From NCBI GenBank assembly GCA_944389185.1, contig CALXLL010000004.1:4830-68829 (forward strand): 64,000 nucleotides of DNA. The letters are read 5' to 3'. The position numbers and the translations under genes are program-made. Origin of the DNA: an uncultured Alphaproteobacteria bacterium (GTDB lineage Bacteria; Pseudomonadota; Alphaproteobacteria; Rs-D84). Below the pieces are notes generated by a model, which had not been told where the DNA came from, did not search any database, and saw only the letters and a program-made list of their open reading frames with translations. This document shows, piece after piece, positions 34,294-42,887 of the stretch; the stretch's first letter is position 1; every line of letters begins with the position of its first letter.

Positions 34294-37200
34294 TTACTCG
34301 TATGATACTTGCCATTTGTTCGGTATTTGACAAGATGTTTCTGGTTGATCCGATTCCCATTCTTGCGTATCAAAATTCAATGTGCAACGGGGAACACTGT
34401 CATAATATAAATAATAGTTTTCTGATTGGTTCGTTGTCGTGGGCCTTATGTATTGCCCCGTCGTCTTGTTAACCAATACATATTCACCAGCACATCTAAT
34501 CGTTTTACCGTTCGGAAATGCACCGCCTTGGTCTTCGAATGACGTTTCCCCACCAGAACAAATTAAGAAATACGTCCCGTCCACATATTCTGCGTTATCC
34601 TTAACAACCGCCGCAGCAACCAAATTGTTCGGTGCGTTCGGCGTGCATAATCCTCTGGGTATCGTGGTCGCCGTCTGACCTGTCCGGAAATAACTCGTAG
34701 TGGTTTCCCAATTCAAATTATTTACCTTTTTCGGGCTTTCTTCTTTGCAGCAGTTCCCGTTAAAGTCTAGCGTCCCAGATACGTCACCGTCTGCCGTGGT
34801 TTTCTTGCAGCAATTGGTTATATTATTTGCCAAACCTTCTAACGTGATTTCAATCCTTTCAAAGTTTTCAGGACACATAACACCGTCATCGGTAAAATTA
34901 CTGGAACTATAACAAGATATATTACCGTTTTCATCTGTCTGGGCCCTGTAACCAATAGGACACGTCGTGTCGCGACAACTGTCCGCACGACTTTCCGTGC
35001 TGGTGTTCTTGGCAAACCAATACAGTAAAGTTTCTTTTTTGCTGTCCGTATATTTTATCCTGTTATGACTTTTTGAAGATTGTAAGTTCGTCGTCGGTAA
35101 TACTTCGCAGTTACCCCATAAACTTTCAGCAATCCTGCAAGCCTTGCATGAAAAAGAATCTTTCGTCCCGTAACTGTCGGTATCAGAATCATATCCGCAT
35201 TCTGTCGCACATATGTCATATATACAATTAAAGGCTTGACTTGTTCCGTCTTCTTGGTTAATAGCAAGAGCGCTGCACGCATTAGATGCTTCTTGCGTGT
35301 TCGTTATCGTTATGTCTATTTCGTTACCATATAAATACTTGTAGAACGTCCCTGTTTCTGAATCTATTATTTTGTTTTCTACTAACCTGGCCGTTACGTT
35401 GTCTATTGCCGACTGACCCGCGTCAACCACGCAATTAACAACTTCTTCCCAACAGGAATAACGATTTATAATAGATTTTCTGTTAATAGAATTCTGCACG
35501 TTTTCACATAAACCAAAATTACCAGATATTGACTTACATGCTTGAATCATGCAATTCTTACCAATTTCACGGCACGTCTGTAATATAGTGTCATACGTCT
35601 TGTCAGTAGCTATGTCGGTCATACCACCAATCCAATCGCTGTCACCACCTGTCGTTTCAAGTAACGCCGTGCAAGCCTGTTGAACCCCAGAACATATTTC
35701 TTTTACCGTCCTGTCAGCTGTAACGCCGAATACGGATAATGCCCTGGAATCAAAGTCTTCTATGGAATCTGCCGTTTCCGTTAAGCACTGGGTTGTTAAC
35801 GTAGTGCAACTTTGACGCATGTCTTCAAGCTTTTGTTCTTGGGCAAGCTTTATCTGCGCCAACGCATCTTCTATGAATTCGTCCCATACATAATCTGATA
35901 TGTCTTGACAGTTTTCCATGGCAGGTTCTAAAAACTTCTTTTTGGAATTTAAAAAACTGACAAACGCTTCGTTACCAGGTGTGTTAGTCCACGTCTGATC
36001 CGGGGCAGGGCGCGTTATAAGATTAACTAAGTTAACTAAGTCAACCGTTAAGAAAGCTTCACCAGTAGATGGGTCTATGTAACGCCCCGTCGTGTCTAAG
36101 CATTTACCAAGATTATCACCGCATACAGAATTGTCCGTCAACATATCCAACATTTTCTTTTTGCAGGTCAATATGTCGTCTGAATTCCGCTTTTGATATA
36201 TGTCTAAACGAGCCATATCAAGTAATGCACCGCTTTCAAAAATCTTTTCTCGGGCTTGGTCTTGTTGCGTTTCATACGCTTTGGCAACGGTATTACAGTC
36301 TTGCTCTATCAACATTTGATAGCCGCTTTCTATTATATCTAATTCTTCCTGAGAACATATTTCTAGCGCCATTTCACGACATACTGGTAACGCCGCATTA
36401 TATAACGCCGTTCCTGTCTTGCTGGTAGTGCTGGCCCCCAATAGCGGGTCTACTGTGTCAAACGCAGCATCCATGTTTAACGATAAGTTTATAGCATTTA
36501 AACTTTGATTAAAGTTTTCATCGTCAAAGCTGGCGTTTAATTTTTCTGCTATTTCATCCAGTAATTTCTTGGAATCTGTTTCGTCTTCTTTGTTAAATGC
36601 CAATTCACCTTCTGTCGCTTCAAATAAAGCTTCGGCGTCTTCTGCGTCCATGTTGACCGTTAATAGACGCTGATTAAAATCAAGCATCTTTTCTTCTATT
36701 TCATTTAATTGCTGCTTTACAGAATCAAATTCGTTTACGCGACTTGAACACGCGCAACGCTTAAGCTGACTGTCTTTGTTAGCACAAAATTCATCCATAC
36801 AGTTATTGTATACTTCACGACATTCTTGATAATTACTGTTCAATATGTCTTCTGCCGTTACCGCTTGAACTTCTGATAAACCTGTAGTCGCGCTTCTGGA
36901 TATTCGCCCGGATGAAGCCGCGTTGCGCACAGAACTTGCACTGGATATTCGTGATTGGTTGGTTGGCATTACACCAGTCCTTGCAATTGCCGCACGCGAA
37001 GGAACAGATATAACGTTGTTGGCACTTCTGCTGGTCATACTGCCCGTCGTTTGATTAGTTGTGCTTTGCCTTGATACGTTTATTCTTGTCGGCTGCGCTG
37101 CAACCCTTGATTGAACATTGGATGTAGATCTTACCGTGACGTTCTGCGCCTGCCTGTTGGTAACCTGAGAAGATGAATCAGACGTTTTTACGGCAGTTCT

Positions 37201-37467
37201 GTCTACAACTTCACCTGTTTCATCGCGATTACGAATTATCTGTTGGTCTTGCTTTGTCGGTGTGGCAGATGTAGAACGTGATATAGATGATGTAACATTC
37301 GTTTGATTTGGCTGTGAAGCAGAAGATGTTTGTCTGGTTGATGCTATCGTCGTCGTTTCACCACGACGAGTAGCCGCACGAACTGCGTCTTGCGCTTCTT
37401 CTGCCATACTTGCTTGAACGCCAAGCAAAGCAAGCACCAGACAAAGATATAATCTTATCTTTTTCAT
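34294..37467 (-). CDS. Large cysteine-rich secreted protein, paralog C (1057 aa)
   Basis: Signal peptide MKKIRLYLCLVLALLGVQASMA, a ~190-aa S/T/N/R/Q tract, signature CREVYNNCMDEFCANKDSQLKRCACSS (36742..36822). Central region homologous to paralog D. Distinct C-terminal ~330 aa carry CP.GY and CC motifs. Confidence 0.9.
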   Translation of the reverse strand: MKKIRLYLCLVLALLGVQASMAEEAQDAVRAATRRGETTTIASTRQTSSASQPNQTNVTSSISRSTSATPTKQDQQIIRNRDETGEVVDRTAVKTSDSSSQVTNRQAQNVTVRSTSNVQSRVAAQPTRINVSRQSTTNQTTGSMTSRSANNVISVPSRAAIARTGVMPTNQSRISSASSVRNAASSGRISRSATTGLSEVQAVTAEDILNSNYQECREVYNNCMDEFCANKDSQLKRCACSSRVNEFDSVKQQLNEIEEKMLDFNQRLLTVNMDAEDAEALFEATEGELAFNKEDETDSKKLLDEIAEKLNASFDDENFNQSLNAINLSLNMDAAFDTVDPLLGASTTSKTGTALYNAALPVCREMALEICSQEELDIIESGYQMLIEQDCNTVAKAYETQQDQAREKIFESGALLDMARLDIYQKRNSDDILTCKKKMLDMLTDNSVCGDNLGKCLDTTGRYIDPSTGEAFLTVDLVNLVNLITRPAPDQTWTNTPGNEAFVSFLNSKKKFLEPAMENCQDISDYVWDEFIEDALAQIKLAQEQKLEDMRQSCTTLTTQCLTETADSIEDFDSRALSVFGVTADRTVKEICSGVQQACTALLETTGGDSDWIGGMTDIATDKTYDTILQTCREIGKNCMIQACKSISGNFGLCENVQNSINRKSIINRYSCWEEVVNCVVDAGQSAIDNVTARLVENKIIDSETGTFYKYLYGNEIDITITNTQEASNACSALAINQEDGTSQAFNCIYDICATECGYDSDTDSYGTKDSFSCKACRIAESLWGNCEVLPTTNLQSSKSHNRIKYTDSKKETLLYWFAKNTSTESRADSCRDTTCPIGYRAQTDENGNISCYSSSNFTDDGVMCPENFERIEITLEGLANNITNCCKKTTADGDVSGTLDFNGNCCKEESPKKVNNLNWETTTSYFRTGQTATTIPRGLCTPNAPNNLVAAAVVKDNAEYVDGTYFLICSGGETSFEDQGGAFPNGKTIRCAGEYVLVNKTTGQYIRPTTTNQSENYYLYYDSVPRCTLNFDTQEWESDQPETSCQIPNKWQVSYE

Positions 37468-37527
37468 CCTTATTATATAATGATAGCAGATTTATGAAAA
37501 CGCGGGCAAGATAAAAAAATATTTTTT

Positions 37528-37612
37528 TGGTGCGGATAGGGGGACTTGAACCCCCACGGATTTCTCCACAGCATCCTTAGTGCTGAGCGTCTACCATTTC
37601 CGCCATATCCGC
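37528..37612 (-). tRNA. tRNA-Leu with apparent anticodon AAG (A34)
   Basis: Reverse complement GCGGATA TG GCGGAAATGGTAGACGC T CAGCA CTAAGGA TGCTG + long variable arm + GGGGGTTCAAGTCCCCC TATCCGC A CCA. Only the CAGCA/TGCTG stem gives a 5-bp stem with a 7-nt loop, which places AAG at positions 34-36. Confidence 0.8.
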
Positions 37613-37701
37613 TTTTGTGTCACAAGATTATTACAATATCCTATTTTTTTTTCAACATTTTTATGTTACAATATTAAAAAATAATGTGTAGGAGATTTTA
37701 A

Positions 37702-39219
37702 ATGAAAAAATTATACGCTCGTCTTTTAGGGTCTTGCTTTTTCCTTGGACTAACCAGTGCTGTTAATGCAGCAGGAACTTATTATACAGGAAGTTATCGG
37801 TCTTTACAGCAACCTTATTCTCAGCAAGTTGCAGCAAGGCAAAATACTTATTATTCTCCTTCTTATACTACAACAGGATATAATTCTAATACTGGTTATT
37901 CTTCTTATTATAATTCAAGATATGCAACCACAAATAATGCTTATAACACTGGTGTGCAGACCTCACAAAATACTTCAAATGCTTCAACCGCTTCAAGCGG
38001 GCAACAAAAAAACGACGGCTTTTATATAGGAGCTGGAATTAGCCATGAAAATGCTATGTGGAAATTCGATATGAATCAATCTGGTAGTATTTTACATTAC
38101 GATAATATAAGTTGGAACGTTTTAGATGTTAAAGCAGGTTATGGTTTTAATTTAGGTAATACAGCTGCAAAAATAGATGCTGGATTCAGGTATGGTATGC
38201 AGTTTGGTGAAACTACAATGGTAGATGATGATATTACAAACGGCGGCTTTTTAGTTACGCAGTGGTGCGAGTCTGTCGATTCTGATGGCAAATGCGTTGG
38301 TTTTATAGGTGATCAAATGGGGCACGCTTTGTCCGTTGGTTCAAGTCAGGGCGGCAGTTTGATGGAGTTTAACGTGGGATTCGGCTTAACGGATATGTTT
38401 AAAATAGGTAATATAAAAGTAACACCATCACTTGGTTTTCGCTATCTAAGCTATAATCTTACAACTGAAAGAAATTATGGTTTGTCTGTTGATACCGCTG
38501 CTTGCATAGAAGTTAACGGTGAAATCCAATGTAATCCAGCTATCATAATAGAACATAGTAATGGAACCCAAGAGATTTTATGGTATGTCAAAGATGACGA
38601 TAGCGACGGTTTTTGGGATATTGCTTCTGGTGATGCGGTTGGTATAAACCCCGGTGGAACATATTACTATCAACAACCGGGAGTAAGTCATTCTTATGAT
38701 ACTACATGGGCCGGTCCATATGTGGCTTTGGATATGGTATACGATATAAACGATAATAATGCTGTTAACGGTTTTGTTGAATTAGGACTGCCGGGATATA
38801 CTTCTACTGGTGATCAGCCTTATAGATTTGATTGGCAGCATCCAAAGAGTATAGAAGATAAAGCTGGTATTGGTTCCGCTTTGCATATCGGTTTAGGAGC
38901 TAATTGGACGACGGCAATAAGTAACAGTATGTCTTTGTCGGTCGGCTTAACTTATGACTATTATTCTGTAAGTGGTGCTGATGCAAATACTTATTTAAAT
39001 GAAAGTTATTATACTGATTTGTATAACAGTATTCTTAATTCTGACCCATGGAATGGTGACGAAACAGCTATGTTGGATCCGAAAACTGGAAGCCCAACCG
39101 CAATAAATATAAAAGAAATAGAAAAAGAATGTCCAGGTTGGGTATGTTCTGCTGCCGGTGAAATTAACTCCATTTACAAATCTATGGGAATAAGAGTAGG
39201 TTTACAGGCAAAATTTTAG
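37702..39219 (+). CDS. Outer-membrane beta-barrel protein with an N-terminal Tyr/Ser/Asn/Thr-rich low-complexity region (505 aa)
   Basis: Signal peptide ...TSAVNA|AG; an 80-aa Y/S/N/T tract (37774..38017); amphipathic beta-strand pattern. Three closely spaced Cys pairs (C..........C). C-terminal MGIRVGLQAKF with a terminal Phe. Confidence 0.7.
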   Translation: MKKLYARLLGSCFFLGLTSAVNAAGTYYTGSYRSLQQPYSQQVAARQNTYYSPSYTTTGYNSNTGYSSYYNSRYATTNNAYNTGVQTSQNTSNASTASSGQQKNDGFYIGAGISHENAMWKFDMNQSGSILHYDNISWNVLDVKAGYGFNLGNTAAKIDAGFRYGMQFGETTMVDDDITNGGFLVTQWCESVDSDGKCVGFIGDQMGHALSVGSSQGGSLMEFNVGFGLTDMFKIGNIKVTPSLGFRYLSYNLTTERNYGLSVDTAACIEVNGEIQCNPAIIIEHSNGTQEILWYVKDDDSDGFWDIASGDAVGINPGGTYYYQQPGVSHSYDTTWAGPYVALDMVYDINDNNAVNGFVELGLPGYTSTGDQPYRFDWQHPKSIEDKAGIGSALHIGLGANWTTAISNSMSLSVGLTYDYYSVSGADANTYLNESYYTDLYNSILNSDPWNGDETAMLDPKTGSPTAINIKEIEKECPGWVCSAAGEINSIYKSMGIRVGLQAKF

Positions 39220-39255
39220 TGCATTTATTAAAAAACAGTGTATTGTTATATTAAT

Positions 39256-39879
39256 ATGAAAAAAATATTTGGACTTTTTATGACGTTATGCTGTTTGCTA
39301 ACTGTTGGATTTCGTGCCAATGGTGCTGATTTAGATTTGTCCGGACAAGCTTTCATAAATATTACAAGTGATACGTCTGCAAATGCAAAAAATATTGCTT
39401 TTGATGAAGCAAGAAGACAGATTTTAATAGATGCTTTAATGCAATATTCTAATGAAGAACAATTAAAAGATGCTTTGGCGTCAGCAGACAGTAATGATTT
39501 GCTTAATTTAATTGCTTCTTCAAGTATAGAAGGGGAAAAATTGTCGGACACTACTTATTCTGCCAATATTTCTATGACAATAGATGCAACTGCCGCAAAG
39601 CAATGGATGACGGAAAATAATATTCAGAATTGGTTGAATGACGGCGATTTCGAAACCAGGTTTATTGTTCTTATTTCTACGCAAGATAAATTAACAGATT
39701 GGATTCAATTAAACCAAATATCAAGACAAGAAAATATAGATTTATCTACGCAATATATAATGGGTAATCAGATTTCTGTGGAATTACCCGTTAAAGATAG
39801 AGCAAAATTCACCATAGCTGTGCGCGAAGCTGGTTGGCATTATAACGATCAAGATGGGGTTTTGCGTGTTTGGAAATAG
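39256..39879 (+). CDS. Secreted/periplasmic hypothetical protein (207 aa)
   Basis: ATG 39256 gives MKKIFGLFMTLCCLLTVGFRANG|AD (signal peptide). No recognisable motif. It sits between two OMP genes on the same strand. Confidence 0.6.
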   Translation: MKKIFGLFMTLCCLLTVGFRANGADLDLSGQAFINITSDTSANAKNIAFDEARRQILIDALMQYSNEEQLKDALASADSNDLLNLIASSSIEGEKLSDTTYSANISMTIDATAAKQWMTENNIQNWLNDGDFETRFIVLISTQDKLTDWIQLNQISRQENIDLSTQYIMGNQISVELPVKDRAKFTIAVREAGWHYNDQDGVLRVWK

Positions 39880-39935
39880 GATTAAGTTTCTATAAAAATT
39901 ATCGGTTAAATAAATTAGTATAACCGTGTATTAAC

Positions 39936-40820
39936 ATGGTTATATTTTTTTATAAGATTTTGTTTTTTTTAATTGCGTTTTTTATGGTGACCTGTTCTTG
40001 GGCTACCTTGGTTGATAATGTTTCCGAAAATAAATCTTCCAATAAAATGATTTTATATGTTAATAGGTTAGGCTTAGATTGGTCAAAAACAGACGTAAAG
40101 AACGCTTATGAGTATAGATATTCTTCTATTCAAGCCCTAAAAGCGATAAGCCAGGATTATATAAAAGGTGTGTTAGATGCTGGGCTGGAATATTCTGCCG
40201 GTAAGTTCAGGTGGGACAACACGTTATTGATGGAATACGGTCAAACCAGTTTAGAACCCTATAATGCATCAAAAATCGTAGACGAAAACGCAGATAACTT
40301 TATTATATCAACTGGTGTATCTTATTCTTGTTGGGATTTTATGAATTTAAAATTTGGCCCTTCTTTCAGAGCTGCATATGATACGGAGTTTGTTACCAGA
40401 TACAGCTTACCAAGGCAAAACATTTTTCGTTTAAGTCCTGGTGTGGCTTTGCTTGATAATGATATATTGAAAAGCTTATATTTGACCGGGGTTTATGAGT
40501 ATGATTTTACTTATGATTATGTTAACGATAAACTGGGCGCAGAAATCGGTTTCCGGTTAGAATATATTCCAAGAAAAGGAGTCAAGATATCTGCTGGCGG
40601 GTATTTCCGCGAGTTTTTTTCTTATTCTTCTTATGACCCATATGATTTAGAACGGGATTTAAATGTTGTTTTACGTATGGATACTAATATGTGGGGAAAA
40701 TTAACAATGGGACCGTATATTCAATATAGGCTTGCAAAAGCTCGCGGAACAGATGTTTATGGCAGTAATTTTATGATAGGTTTATCTTTTAACTATATTG
40801 ATAAATATATTTTATTTTAA
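39936..40820 (+). CDS. Outer-membrane beta-barrel protein (294 aa)
   Basis: Hydrophobic N-terminus, alternating beta-strand pattern rich in Y/G/F, and C-terminal ...GLSFNYIDKYILF. Confidence 0.6.
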   Translation: MVIFFYKILFFLIAFFMVTCSWATLVDNVSENKSSNKMILYVNRLGLDWSKTDVKNAYEYRYSSIQALKAISQDYIKGVLDAGLEYSAGKFRWDNTLLMEYGQTSLEPYNASKIVDENADNFIISTGVSYSCWDFMNLKFGPSFRAAYDTEFVTRYSLPRQNIFRLSPGVALLDNDILKSLYLTGVYEYDFTYDYVNDKLGAEIGFRLEYIPRKGVKISAGGYFREFFSYSSYDPYDLERDLNVVLRMDTNMWGKLTMGPYIQYRLAKARGTDVYGSNFMIGLSFNYIDKYILF

Positions 40821-40828
40821 TTCTTTGT

Positions 40829-42661
40829 TTAGAAAGATAATTTTGCTTTTGCAAGAACATATACTTCGTCGGTTCCAATCGGGTTATCTATGAAACCAAA
40901 ATACAGATTGTTATAAGACAAAGAATATTCAATTGATGGTTTGCTTGATAGACCTATATCATAAGTATTAAAAAAGATTTTGCCATTTTTATCACGACCT
41001 GTTGGTAATGTCATATACATATTTCCTGCGATTATCGTGTCTGGTATTGATATGTTAAAATCAAGGTCAAATAATTTGGCGCCAAAAGAAGCCGAAAAAG
41101 AATATATATTAGAAAAATCTGATATTAAAGAATTGGTTTGGGGTTTTGGTAAACCATAGCTGAATTGAATTTTTTGGTAAAGTTTTATGTTGTTAAATGT
41201 TTGCTGTTGATTGAAGTTGATAAAACTGAAAAAAGTATTTGGTTGTGTTTTTAATAATCCAGTATTGTTTAGTAAATCATTTTGTTTTAAACCAAAGTCA
41301 AAGTTATTCGTAGAAAATACAATTACTTGATTGGAGTTCCTTAGCTTGTCAAAAGCTCTGCTTGGATTTTGTATTTTTACGATATCTGAAAAATTAGAAG
41401 TAAATGCACGACCGTATTTATCAAAGAAAGCAAATTTTATATCGGCCTGTTTAATATTGCTTGCTATGTTCCCAGCAACTCTTGCTGCTTGCAAAGGTTG
41501 CATAATTGTTGAATTGTCATAACTTATTGGAATAAGAGGGGCGCCAACAGGACGGGTTGCGCGCTCCATATCCAACATACCATGACCGTATATTTCGTCA
41601 ATACCGGGTGCACCTAAATCACGAGCCGTTTCCAGTAATAGACTTGTTATTTCCTGGGCTTTCATATAAGGAAAAGCTTCTTTTATAACTGCAATTGCCG
41701 CAGAAACCATTGGCGCGGCAAAACTTGTCCCGTTGGCAATTGTGTGATTGATGTTTATATTTGTGCCGGGGGCAGTTATACAATAATTTTTAGTTTCACC
41801 ACATGCATTGCTGAAATCTGCAAGAGATTGTGTGGATTCATCCCAAGCGACCACGTTTATAAAATGTCCTTGCAATTCTGAAATGACTTTCGGCATTGCA
41901 GATAAAGCACCGCTTTGTCTTTTGTCGTAATCGTTGCCGGCTGCCCAGACAAAAATAGCGTCTCGGTTAGCTGCGGATATAAGCTGGTTAACAAAGTTTA
42001 TATCTGTTTCTTTTATTAGCTGCTCTTTTGATACCAACTGGTCAGACCGCATAGAGCTGGTCCAGCTGGCGTTAAATATATCTGCATTATTTGCATTTTT
42101 TATCGTTTCACCGATTTCATAAAAAGATATAAAGTTAAAATCTTGGTCTATTATTTTGTAAGAATCTACTTTCGCGTCTGGTGCTATGATGCCAGAAGCT
42201 AAATCTGTAACGGTTTTACCATGCCAGGTATCCAGTCCGGCGTCAAGAACTGCTATGTTAAAGCCTTTACCGGTAAAACCGCGCGCCAAAGAATAGGGCA
42301 ATCTTATAGATTCATAATTATTATAATTTGCCGTATATTCTTGCGTGGATTTTGCATCTGCTAGCTGAATCTGAGTAACGTCATTACCAACCATATTATA
42401 GTTTATAGTTGTCGTTTGTCTGTGGAAACTTGTATCTGTATTATTAGATCCGGCGCCGGTAAATGCCATAATTGCAATGGCGCTTCCTATTATTCCAGAA
42501 GCTCCAAGTATGGATAGATAACTATTCGTAGAATCAGAATAAGAACATTCTTTAGAGTGCGTTTTTTTATATAAATCATCGCGGCAATCTTGTGCCATAA
42601 CGCTGGTCATCAACAACATACCAGCAAAAAACATTGTGAAAATCTTAAAAATAGATTTCAT
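40829..42661 (-). CDS. Subtilisin-like (S8) serine protease with a C-terminal beta-barrel (autotransporter-like) domain
   Basis: Signal peptide; Asp motif FNIAVLDAGLD; His motif WHGKTV; Ser motif GTSFAAPMVSAAIAVI. The last ~230 aa are beta-strand-like and end AKAKLSF. Confidence 0.75.
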   Translation of the reverse strand: MKSIFKIFTMFFAGMLLMTSVMAQDCRDDLYKKTHSKECSYSDSTNSYLSILGASGIIGSAIAIMAFTGAGSNNTDTSFHRQTTTINYNMVGNDVTQIQLADAKSTQEYTANYNNYESIRLPYSLARGFTGKGFNIAVLDAGLDTWHGKTVTDLASGIIAPDAKVDSYKIIDQDFNFISFYEIGETIKNANNADIFNASWTSSMRSDQLVSKEQLIKETDINFVNQLISAANRDAIFVWAAGNDYDKRQSGALSAMPKVISELQGHFINVVAWDESTQSLADFSNACGETKNYCITAPGTNININHTIANGTSFAAPMVSAAIAVIKEAFPYMKAQEITSLLLETARDLGAPGIDEIYGHGMLDMERATRPVGAPLIPISYDNSTIMQPLQAARVAGNIASNIKQADIKFAFFDKYGRAFTSNFSDIVKIQNPSRAFDKLRNSNQVIVFSTNNFDFGLKQNDLLNNTGLLKTQPNTFFSFINFNQQQTFNNIKLYQKIQFSYGLPKPQTNSLISDFSNIYSFSASFGAKLFDLDFNISIPDTIIAGNMYMTLPTGRDKNGKIFFNTYDIGLSSKPSIEYSLSYNNLYFGFIDNPIGTDEVYVLAKAKLSF

Positions 42662-42887
42662 ATTTTAATATTGTATTACAAAAAATAAGTTTGTCAATTT
42701 TTTGTGGTAGGATTTTTTATCATTGTTTTTTGTGCGAATTTCCTTGATTTTTTACTTAAGTTGTTATAGTATGCAAACACGCGTTTGACGCGAAGAACAC
42801 AATCGCTTTGCTTGATTTCTGTCCAAAGCCTTTGGTTTTGGCTTGTGTGCGGGCGATGAGGATAACAACAGAAAAAAGGATTTAATT

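Noticed and set aside
37757-38029. 90-aa alternative-frame ORF (I/L/Q-rich) inside the OMP gene
   Set aside because: It arises from the repetitive Tyr/Ser/Asn codons of the low-complexity region read out of frame, and it has no independent start context.
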